A stretch of DNA of 64,000 nucleotides from an uncultured Aminicenantes bacterium (lineage in GTDB: Bacteria; Acidobacteriota; Aminicenantia; UBA2199): positions 17,539 to 81,538 of the forward strand of contig CBDAFS010000021.1 of assembly GCA_965195285.1 (NCBI GenBank). Direction: 5' to 3'. Below, piece by piece: positions 28,056 to 36,542 of the stretch. A program made the translations under genes and the position numbers. Positions within the stretch are counted from its first letter, which is position 1. Every line of letters begins with the position of its first letter. The notes beneath the pieces were generated by a model, which was not told the origin of the DNA, searched no databases, and was given only the letters and a program-made list of their open reading frames with translations.

Positions 28056-29033
28056 TTATTTAGGGGAAGCACAGTCCGGAGACAGTGTTGCAGCGGATAC
28101 TCCGATTCCGGATTTGACCCCCGTCCTTGAAGCAGACCAGTATCCCGGGCTTCCATTGTAATCAATCATGGTACCGCTCATATAGGTGTCGCTCTGAATG
28201 GTACCGGTATAGGTGGTACCGCTCTGAAACACAAAACGGACTTGATTTCCGTTAACCGTCCATGATCCACTAAATCCCTCGACCATAAAAGTTCCACTGT
28301 TTTGACTGCCACCGCTAAAGGTAATGGTTGCGGTTCCGGGTGTGTCCACCTGCTTCGAATACCAGTTGAAATTAAGCGACCAACTTCCCCGGATATCATA
28401 ACCATCATCCTCTGATTTCTTAATGAATAGAAAATAGGCGGCAACTGCAGCCAAGGCCAATCCTCCCAGCACCAGCAGGATGGGAAACTTTTTTTTCTTT
28501 TTCTTTTTTACCTTGGGAATGACTTTTTTCTCCACTTCTTCACGGGGTTTTTCCGCTTCGGTTTTTATGGCCGTTGGGACTTCTTCCGGTTCTGGCTTGA
28601 CTTCGGTCGGTATCTCGACATCGGTTTGAACCGGGGCTTCCTTACTGATTCCCAGATTGGCCCTGGCCTGGTCCACCCGCTCTCTGAATTCCAGGTCCGT
28701 ATCTTCCTTGTCAAATGTCGGGTAGGTTTCAAATACCTTTTTCAGGTTTTTTTTCACCTTGTCATCCTCGCCAACGGTAAAATAAACCTTGGCCAAAAGG
28801 TAAAAGGCTTCGGCAACTTTCTTCTTCTGAGCAACAATGGATTTAAGCTTATTGATACACTCGATTAACATGGTTATCGCATCATCATAGTACCCCTGCT
28901 GATAGAGCTTGCGCGCTTTTAACAGTGTGTCTTCTTCCTGAGCATAACCAAAGCTGGTAGACAAACTGAACCAGCCAAACAATACAATGGTCAAAATTCC
29001 GATTTTCCTTATCATTTCTCGGGATAACATCAA
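28056..29033 (-). CDS. Exported TPR protein with a poly-Lys/hydrophobic segment and a C-terminal beta domain
   Basis: Signal peptide, TPR helices (ARKLYQQGYYDDAI, AEAFYLLAKVYF), Pro/Glu linker, KKKKKKKFPILLVLGG.. and YDIRGSWSL beta domain. Confidence 0.7.
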   Translation of the reverse strand: MMLSREMIRKIGILTIVLFGWFSLSTSFGYAQEEDTLLKARKLYQQGYYDDAITMLIECINKLKSIVAQKKKVAEAFYLLAKVYFTVGEDDKVKKNLKKVFETYPTFDKEDTDLEFRERVDQARANLGISKEAPVQTDVEIPTEVKPEPEEVPTAIKTEAEKPREEVEKKVIPKVKKKKKKKFPILLVLGGLALAAVAAYFLFIKKSEDDGYDIRGSWSLNFNWYSKQVDTPGTATITFSGGSQNSGTFMVEGFSGSWTVNGNQVRFVFQSGTTYTGTIQSDTYMSGTMIDYNGSPGYWSASRTGVKSGIGVSAATLSPDCASPK

Positions 29034-29102
29034 AAACCTCCTCTATCTTTCTTTATTTTTTTTTAAATTATTTCCTTTTTTTCTAATATTAACAGAAATC
29101 GG

Positions 29103-30542
29103 TTAAAATTTCCTCCTTAAAATAATTTTATTCATGAAAGTACCCACCGAATAGGAAACCCTCCAGTTGGAGACCATAACCCCCATGCCTTTCTTATCTA
29201 TGGGAGGCGGAAGGTAAATGGAGCTTATCTTTCTTAGAATTTTCACTTTGATATTTCTTCTGGCATGGAGGGGATCGATCTTCAGGGCCGAATCATTGAT
29301 TTTCTGGATGTTGATTTTCCCATCCTCCCTGACTTTCAGGCTCAAACTGATCTGACCCAGTGCTCTTATTCCCCTCGTTAATTTCAGGATTTCAATTTTT
29401 TTGATGGCCTGGTTATAGGCATTGATCATCTGGGGGGGAAGCTCAATGAGTTTTACGGTCCGCGTTTGCGGTATCTGTTGGGTTTTTGCCTTTGCTTTTT
29501 CCCGGACAACCCTCTGCTTTTCGGTTGACAACCCATCACGGACGCGGATAATTTCTTTTTCCAGTGAAATTACCTCATCTGTTGGTTTTATATTTTTGGC
29601 CTTTTTGACATTTTCCAGCGCTTTTATATAGTTTTCTTCATCAAAATAATCCCGGGCAAATTTAATATAGCGCTTGTACACATCATCAACCTTTCGGTCT
29701 CCTGCCTTCTTTTGGACTTCGGCTTTCTTGATTTCAATCCGGGCAGCCAGGGAATCAATTTGAGCATCCTTTTTTATCTCTGCAGCCAGATCCAGATACC
29801 GGGAAGCCTGGTCCAGCTGATTCTGCTCGATGGCCGATTTGGCCAGTTCAATCAAACCGGCAAACTCCCGGTTTTTTTTATCAATGTCCATGCGCTCATT
29901 TATTTTCTCTTCCAGTTTACGGACCTGATCGGATTCCTGAATTTCCTTGGCCCGGTTCAGGTTTTCCAGGGCGGTCTGAAGTTCATTCCGGTCAAAAGCC
30001 TGGTGGGCCTGTTTTAAATAAATTTGACTCTGTTCTTCCTGACTACGGGTCGCTATCTCCTTGTTCTGATCCTGTTTGATCTGTTCAATCCGGCCAATGG
30101 CATCCATTGAGTACTGACCCTGGGGATACACCTTTAAATAATTCTGAAAAGCATCAATGGTTTTAAACTCTAACACCTGGTTCCACAGAGTAACTTCCGG
30201 ATTTTTCTTGTCGTTTGATTGACTCAAATATGGTATCCCGAAAATTGCTAGTAAAATTGCAGCTACAAAGATCAACAGGAACAGAAGATATTTATAAGGC
30301 CTGGCTGCCTGGCGGACTTTCGATATTTTTGATACAGACAGATCCCTTTCGTCCCTTTTAAAATCCGGTTCCCGCTTTTCAGTTGCGGGAGTCTTTGGGA
30401 GCAGAGGGACCATTTCCCTGATATCCACCTTGGCCGATCCCTGCACTTTTGAAAATTTATATACCTTGTTTTCAAAACGCAACTCACCTTCAATGAGGCC
30501 TTCTTTGGCCAGAGAAATCAAAAAATGCTCTAACGGTTCCAA
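29103..30542 (-). CDS. Bitopic membrane TPR/coiled-coil protein with a TonB-C-like C-terminal domain
   Basis: TM (YLLFLLIFVAAILLAIFGI), AFQNYLKVYPQG motif, TPR-like helices; C-domain homologous to that of 22593-23630. Confidence 0.6.
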   Translation of the reverse strand: MEPLEHFLISLAKEGLIEGELRFENKVYKFSKVQGSAKVDIREMVPLLPKTPATEKREPDFKRDERDLSVSKISKVRQAARPYKYLLFLLIFVAAILLAIFGIPYLSQSNDKKNPEVTLWNQVLEFKTIDAFQNYLKVYPQGQYSMDAIGRIEQIKQDQNKEIATRSQEEQSQIYLKQAHQAFDRNELQTALENLNRAKEIQESDQVRKLEEKINERMDIDKKNREFAGLIELAKSAIEQNQLDQASRYLDLAAEIKKDAQIDSLAARIEIKKAEVQKKAGDRKVDDVYKRYIKFARDYFDEENYIKALENVKKAKNIKPTDEVISLEKEIIRVRDGLSTEKQRVVREKAKAKTQQIPQTRTVKLIELPPQMINAYNQAIKKIEILKLTRGIRALGQISLSLKVREDGKINIQKINDSALKIDPLHARRNIKVKILRKISSIYLPPPIDKKGMGVMVSNWRVSYSVGTFMNKIILRRKF

Positions 30543-30543
30543 C

Positions 30544-31788
30544 TTACTCTCCTTTCCGCAGGCTCCGGGTGATCAAAAAATGTGTTTTCTCTTTTGTTTC
30601 CAGTTTTTTCTTTTCTACTTGGGCCGCCTCCAAGGTATCAAAACTGCCGACTCTGACCAGATAAATTTTATTTTTCTTGGTGGAATCGGGAGGCAATGTT
30701 TTAAAAATTTCAACCGGATATCCCCAATCGGAAAACTTCAGGGAATATGATCTGGCTGATTTATATTCCTGGAATGAACCCACCTGAATCACGTAAACAA
30801 ATCCACTGGTTTTCAGGTCCAGGGCTTCCGGTTGCTTAACCGATTCGGTATCCGGACCGGGTAGCGGATCGAATCTACCGATCAAAACCAGGAATATTAA
30901 AACAAATAGGCAAAGGGATAAAAATGCGAATATGAAAGAACCCCAGAATTTCTTTTTTAACGGGGTGGGAACACATTGTTGATTGAATATTTTATCACCG
31001 ACTTCAGCCAGGATATAGGTCCCATTATCATTAAACCTTTCCTCCCTGAGGGATTTTTTCAAATGATTCTTAATTGTTTTCTTGGGATCGGCTTCATTGA
31101 TATGGCTCATGATTTCAGACTGGGTCTTAAAGGATTCCCAGATACCATCGGTGCATATAAAAATCTTATCATTGGCCTTTAACCGCAGGGTCCTGATTCT
31201 CTTTTTTACGATGTCATGGACATTTTCCTGCCTGGGGTGTATGGAATACTCCAACTGATTTTTATTGGGGTGCTGGGTCAGTTGGTCAATGGTAATTTCC
31301 TGATTGAGAAAAAAGCCCCAGACGAAACTGTCATCATCCGATAGCAGCCACAGGGTGGCATCATCCCGTTGTTCAATGGCTTTGGCATTATCGGTAGGCT
31401 TCTGGCCCGAACATAGAACATACAGCCGAGAATCACCAATCCAGGAGTAAGACAGCTGATAGTGATCATTTTGTTTTTCCAGCAGAGCCACCACCAGGGT
31501 ACAACCCATATCTTTACCCGATTCCCTCATCCTGTCCAGTACATTCTTGATGCTGTGTTGAATGAGATTTTCAAAATTCTGATCCTGCTTGAATCCCTCA
31601 ATCAAGCTTTCTACTGTCCACCGGGAGGCCAGATCTCCGCTGGAATGTCCGCCCATTCCATCGGCCAGTACCAGCAGGGTTTTGTTGTTCTGGCTGTAAA
31701 CTTCAAAATAATCCTCCTGGTAATCTCTGGGACCCTGATTCCATTCAACGATCAGGGGATAGGTGCAGCCATATCTACTCTTCCTCAT
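30544..31788 (-). CDS. PP2C (PPM) Ser/Thr phosphatase with TM and C-terminal SPOR domain
   Basis: RDYQED, LADGMGG, GDSR, CTDG and DNGT; TM FWGSFIFAFLSLCLFVLIFLVLIG; SPOR YVIQVGSF..YLVRVGSF. Confidence 0.88.
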   Translation of the reverse strand: MRKSRYGCTYPLIVEWNQGPRDYQEDYFEVYSQNNKTLLVLADGMGGHSSGDLASRWTVESLIEGFKQDQNFENLIQHSIKNVLDRMRESGKDMGCTLVVALLEKQNDHYQLSYSWIGDSRLYVLCSGQKPTDNAKAIEQRDDATLWLLSDDDSFVWGFFLNQEITIDQLTQHPNKNQLEYSIHPRQENVHDIVKKRIRTLRLKANDKIFICTDGIWESFKTQSEIMSHINEADPKKTIKNHLKKSLREERFNDNGTYILAEVGDKIFNQQCVPTPLKKKFWGSFIFAFLSLCLFVLIFLVLIGRFDPLPGPDTESVKQPEALDLKTSGFVYVIQVGSFQEYKSARSYSLKFSDWGYPVEIFKTLPPDSTKKNKIYLVRVGSFDTLEAAQVEKKKLETKEKTHFLITRSLRKGE

Positions 31789-33224
31789 GTTTCAACCCCT
31801 TCGGATTCGATGGTCCCTTTGAAGGACAGTTCCCCGCTCACATCCTTTTCAATATCCTTTATGGATTTCAACAGTTTTTTAAACTCGCTGTTTTTAAAAT
31901 TGAGAAAGATTGAATTTTCAGAAGCAACTGCCGTATACAACGAGGTATTTCGCATCAATGCCTTCTGGGGAGTATAGTCATTGAAAACAATTTTGGCTCC
32001 CCTGTAATCCCGGAGCTCGATCCTTTTTGATTGATCAAATTCAATGATATCCTGGGCAAAAGTTTCTCCGCCCGAGGCAAAAGGAAGGTTGACGGTAAAA
32101 TAAAAATCAAAGGCCAGGGGTTTCATTTTTAATTCTTCCGGTTTGGGCGGAGGAGTAACCTTCAGGGGTGCAGTTAGCTTCTGTGAACTAATATCCAGCT
32201 CGGCAAACAATTCCGAGCGAAACTCATCGACCGACTGGTAACGGTCTTCAGGTTTTCGCTTGACCGCCCGGCCGATAATCTCAATTAATTTGTCAGGTAT
32301 ATGTTTTTTGCCTTCGGTCAGTAAAAATTCTTTTTCAAAATCAAGCGCCACCAGGTGTGTAATGTTTTCTTCACCGAACACCTTCACCCAGAACTTTCCC
32401 ATCAGTATTTCAACGATAATGATTCCCAGGCTGTAAATATCAACCCGCAGATCATAGCGATATTTATCTTCGAACCGGGCCGGGTCCAGATAGGCGGAAT
32501 GACCGACAATCTTGGATGATTTTCCCGATAACGCGGTGTCATGGAGACGCTTGGATGCCCCAAAATCACCTAACACATAGGAGAGCTTCCCGCCCCGGTC
32601 AACCACAAACATGTTATCCGGACTTAGATCCCGATGGACCACATTGATGCTGTGCAAACGTGATATGGTATTAACCATCTCCCGGATCATCTTGACTTTC
32701 TCTTCGTAGGCCATCTGGATTTTCCCTTCAAACTCAAACTTGATCAGATCATTGACCGTGCCATCCGCCAATTCCATCATGAAGACCGGAAATTCAACTT
32801 TTTTACCGTGTGAATAAGTCTGGGCCGTTCCCTTTCTGTAAATATATAGGAAGGTGTCATCCATGTATTTCAGTATGGTGTCAATCTCATTTTCCAGGTA
32901 TTTCTGTGAAATTTCGATCTCATCCTCTTTATTGGCTTTATTATTGGAAAATATTTCATCAAAAATCAGAGGCGCCTTCATGGCATAATACTTGTTTTCA
33001 GTGGTGTCAATTACCTTGATAACCGTTCCGAATCCACCTTTTCCCAGTGGTTTAACGATGGTGTAGGCAACGCCATCCACAACGATTTCATGGGAATAAA
33101 TCATATAACTGGCACTTACCGATGAACTGGGGAAAACCAGTTCCTTGAAATCCTCATTCTTACAATACAGACATTTACTTACCTGATCGCTTAAAAGACG
33201 ATTGCATTTTTTACATTGCCTCAT
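31785..33224 (-). CDS. Ser/Thr protein kinase with N-terminal zinc ribbon
   Basis: Start moved to ATG 33224 (MRQCKKC..CLYC); GKGGFG, AMK, HRDLSPDN, DFG and DIYSLG; no TM. Confidence 0.9.
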   Translation of the reverse strand: MRQCKKCNRLLSDQVSKCLYCKNEDFKELVFPSSSVSASYMIYSHEIVVDGVAYTIVKPLGKGGFGTVIKVIDTTENKYYAMKAPLIFDEIFSNNKANKEDEIEISQKYLENEIDTILKYMDDTFLYIYRKGTAQTYSHGKKVEFPVFMMELADGTVNDLIKFEFEGKIQMAYEEKVKMIREMVNTISRLHSINVVHRDLSPDNMFVVDRGGKLSYVLGDFGASKRLHDTALSGKSSKIVGHSAYLDPARFEDKYRYDLRVDIYSLGIIIVEILMGKFWVKVFGEENITHLVALDFEKEFLLTEGKKHIPDKLIEIIGRAVKRKPEDRYQSVDEFRSELFAELDISSQKLTAPLKVTPPPKPEELKMKPLAFDFYFTVNLPFASGGETFAQDIIEFDQSKRIELRDYRGAKIVFNDYTPQKALMRNTSLYTAVASENSIFLNFKNSEFKKLLKSIKDIEKDVSGELSFKGTIESEGVET

Positions 33225-33225
33225 G

Positions 33226-34611
33226 TCATTGACTCCCAGTTTGCATTTTACCAAAATATTTTTTTATTTGAAAGGCTGTACTTCCTAATAAAAGAAATCC
33301 ATCCGAAAACAATTCTATACGGGATTTTCCCACCGGAATATTGTTTATCAAGCCGGGATTGGTAGGTAATTTTCCCCCCGCTCCTTCTGCATAATAAATT
33401 TGGGCACCCTCCTTAACCAGAGTCCCGTGAATATTCGACATCCAGTTGTCATCCATGAAGGTGATCTGGGTAAGGTCCGGGTTTCGGCCGATTTTTATCT
33501 CAAAATCCTCACCTTTCATATCGATCACCATCAGCCTGGCCTTTTCCCCCCTGAATTCGACTTTTTTTAACTCAATCGAAGCCGGTAGATCAGAGGTGTC
33601 GATATCCTGATCCGGAGTAATATAAAGGCATAGACAGCACAATTCTTCACCACAATAGGGACAAAAATATGCGGGTGGCAGGGTTTCCTTCTGGCAGCCG
33701 GAACAGGTGATATATCCCTCCTGAAAATAGAGGTCTTGTTCTTCACCTGGCAGGGACAACGCTTTGGTACTGGTAGCCATATCCAGGTTTCCCATCAAGT
33801 CATCCAGCTGATAGCGGTTATCCGGATAGAAGATAGTGGCTTTGCTGATAAAATCCCTGAATTTTTCCGGTATCTTTTTCAACCAGTTTTGAAAATCCTC
33901 ACTGTCCCCCTTATCCAAATATTCGCGGTAGCTATTCCGGTTGAAGGGAAGACTACCATTGAACAATTCACCTATGGTTATTCCCAGGCTGTATACATCA
34001 TGGAGTTTTTTTATATATTTAATTCTTTCCTTGGCATTGTCCGGCAAAATCTCAATCAATTTCTTATTGGCTACCCGGGCAGCCTGTAATCTTTTGAACT
34101 CATCAAAAATACAGACGATTTCAGGCGGTGAGTAAAACTTGGTCCCGGCGGGAATAATTTTGCTCCTGCTATCCCACCAGCTGGCAATACCAAAATCGAT
34201 CAATACCGGCCGTCCATCTTTCACCCTCAGGTTTTCAGGCTTGATATCCCGGTGAACCACCCCGATCTTGTGAAGTTGATGAATAGCCTGCGTCAACAAG
34301 TTGATGAAATGTTCATCCCTGTTTTTCTGGAAATACTCAGTGGAACTTTCGGGAATATATTCCATGACAAAGGCATTGTGTTTGAATAAAACCTCATATA
34401 CTCGAATCAGGTAATCGATTTTATAATTTTTCCTCAGTTCCTCCACCCGCAACGCTTCACGGATAAAACGCTCGGTTATTTCAGGTTCCATATTATTTCG
34501 GGAGAGCTGTTTCAGGGCAAACTGATTTCCATTGAACTCCACCAGGTAAACCACTCCGAATCCACCGGCACCGATTTCCTTGATAACCGTATATTTGTCA
34601 ATTTTATTCAT
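33226..34611 (-). CDS. Ser/Thr protein kinase with zinc ribbon and FHA domain
   Basis: GAGGFG, ALK, HRDIKPEN, DFG and GTKFYSPPE; CSGC..CPYC; FHA IGR..MSNIHG..TNPG. Confidence 0.9.
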   Translation of the reverse strand: MNKIDKYTVIKEIGAGGFGVVYLVEFNGNQFALKQLSRNNMEPEITERFIREALRVEELRKNYKIDYLIRVYEVLFKHNAFVMEYIPESSTEYFQKNRDEHFINLLTQAIHQLHKIGVVHRDIKPENLRVKDGRPVLIDFGIASWWDSRSKIIPAGTKFYSPPEIVCIFDEFKRLQAARVANKKLIEILPDNAKERIKYIKKLHDVYSLGITIGELFNGSLPFNRNSYREYLDKGDSEDFQNWLKKIPEKFRDFISKATIFYPDNRYQLDDLMGNLDMATSTKALSLPGEEQDLYFQEGYITCSGCQKETLPPAYFCPYCGEELCCLCLYITPDQDIDTSDLPASIELKKVEFRGEKARLMVIDMKGEDFEIKIGRNPDLTQITFMDDNWMSNIHGTLVKEGAQIYYAEGAGGKLPTNPGLINNIPVGKSRIELFSDGFLLLGSTAFQIKKYFGKMQTGSQ

Positions 34612-34625
34612 TATGCTTGAAAATC

Positions 34626-36542
34626 CTAAAACCGTAAAAACGGAATCCCGGAACCCGGACCCTTTACCGCTCCGGAATGGACAACACCCACGGCTGCATA
34701 ATTCCCATTGGGCAACACCTTTAACAGCAACCCTCCGTAAACTTTCATACGTACTGCAGGTTGAACCATAACCATATTCCTCGTAATTTTGATAATATTA
34801 CCGACCGAGTAGGTTTTTTTTCCGGACTGAAATCCGTATACAATCACCCGATCCGATCGGGAAACAGCGTTATCGGCTTTGGGTACATAGGGAAGCAGAT
34901 AATCGGGAAAGTTTTTTATTGAGGCTGCCACAATGGCATTCCCGCTGAATTCCCGTCCAAATGATCTCCATTTGCGTCCATCAAGGACCATCAGGTTATA
35001 ACGGGAGGAATTCTTCTTTAGTTGCTGATGCAGCACGGTCACGGACTGCCGCCTCTGGATCAGGCTCGAGTGATATTGCTGAAAAATCTTCCAGGAATCG
35101 GGGTAAACAAACAGATAAGTGCGGATGTTTTTTCTGGAGTTGTTTCCCATCACCATTGCCTTCTCGGTTACCAGGGAAATACGGCCTCCCCTGCCCTTTA
35201 CAAAAAATCCGGATCCCGATCTTGCCCGGCTCTCACCAAAAAAGGTCAGGCAGGGGAAATAGACAGAGATACGTTGTGAGCTCAGCTTGATATCAATTAT
35301 TTTGGCCAGCCGTTTGATTTGTATACCAATTTTTGTACCTGCAGCACGTTTTTTTATCTTCTCAATTTGACTTTGGGAATTATCCGATTCTTCTCCGTTT
35401 CCAGCCCCGTAATGCTTCAATTGACTGATTCTGTTTTTCAACCGGTTTATCTCTTTCTGATTGTCCTGATTTTCCAGGCCCAATTCTCCGATTCTGTCCA
35501 TTTTGCCTTTCAACTCCAGGGTGAATTCCTGGTTCTGCTTTTTAATTCCATCAATATAATCGCCCATTACCTTTTTCTGGACTCCGGTGAAAACCCACAG
35601 CAGGGGCAGGGCCAGAATAACCAGTACAATGAGAATCTTGAAGGTGGACTGGAGTCGTTTGAATTCATCCCGGGCAATTTCTCCGGCCCTGAACATGGTT
35701 TTGGGATGGAGGACAGGATTTTTCTTGAATTGATATTCAACAATGAATTTCGGCCCTAGGCCGGATACCAGTGATAAACGTGATTGATTGGGAATTTCCT
35801 TGGGCACGGAGAAGGGTTTTCCGTCTAGAGCATATGCATAATGGCTGGAGATCGGTTCATAAATCATAGAGTTGCCGATAACCCTGATAATTCCGTGCTG
35901 TTTGCTGACCGTATCCCATTCTGGCCCGACAGTCAAATTTGCCCAATTCCGGTCCCGCCCGATATTGATTTCATGTTCACTGAATTCCCGGGTCTGTCCC
36001 TTTCTCCAGTCCGTATCAATATTGTCAAGCGCCTGGCATTCAATTTTCAGGGATCGAGAAACATTATTGATTACCTGGCTGAATGTCTGGGAAAAAGCCT
36101 TGCTTTCACTCATGGGTTTTCCGGCAAAGGTCGAATTAAAAGATTTCATGGATCCGATTTTGAATGTGGCCGCTACCAATCCCAGAAGATAAAATATGGT
36201 TGAATACATCAGTCCTGTAAAGCGGTGAAAGGATAAACCCGCCTGAATAACCGTGAATAATTCAGCTGAAATGATTGCCGTGGCCACCACCAGCAATATT
36301 CTTCTCAGGTTCAATATGGCTTTACTGGTCCGGATAAACGCCGACATCAGGATCAGCAATGATATGACGATAATGATGGTGCCATCCAGCCGATAGAAAC
36401 CGGCACAGTACCCCTTTAGGGCTGCCATTACCTGACTGTTACCCAGAGGCTGAGTCAAAAAGACAAAAATTCCCTTTTCAATGACAGGCCAGTTTAAAAA
36501 TATCCCAATACTGCCAAAAATAACAAAGAATATCGATAACAC
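34626..36542 (-). CDS. Membrane FHA protein with coiled coil and a degenerate trypsin-like C-terminal domain
   Basis: N-terminal TMs; FHA IGRD..VSKQHG; TM; coiled coil; GSGFFV..LVTEK..YGF..YGGLLL..VGVV. Confidence 0.7.
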   Translation of the reverse strand: MLSIFFVIFGSIGIFLNWPVIEKGIFVFLTQPLGNSQVMAALKGYCAGFYRLDGTIIIVISLLILMSAFIRTSKAILNLRRILLVVATAIISAELFTVIQAGLSFHRFTGLMYSTIFYLLGLVAATFKIGSMKSFNSTFAGKPMSESKAFSQTFSQVINNVSRSLKIECQALDNIDTDWRKGQTREFSEHEINIGRDRNWANLTVGPEWDTVSKQHGIIRVIGNSMIYEPISSHYAYALDGKPFSVPKEIPNQSRLSLVSGLGPKFIVEYQFKKNPVLHPKTMFRAGEIARDEFKRLQSTFKILIVLVILALPLLWVFTGVQKKVMGDYIDGIKKQNQEFTLELKGKMDRIGELGLENQDNQKEINRLKNRISQLKHYGAGNGEESDNSQSQIEKIKKRAAGTKIGIQIKRLAKIIDIKLSSQRISVYFPCLTFFGESRARSGSGFFVKGRGGRISLVTEKAMVMGNNSRKNIRTYLFVYPDSWKIFQQYHSSLIQRRQSVTVLHQQLKKNSSRYNLMVLDGRKWRSFGREFSGNAIVAASIKNFPDYLLPYVPKADNAVSRSDRVIVYGFQSGKKTYSVGNIIKITRNMVMVQPAVRMKVYGGLLLKVLPNGNYAAVGVVHSGAVKGPGSGIPFLRF

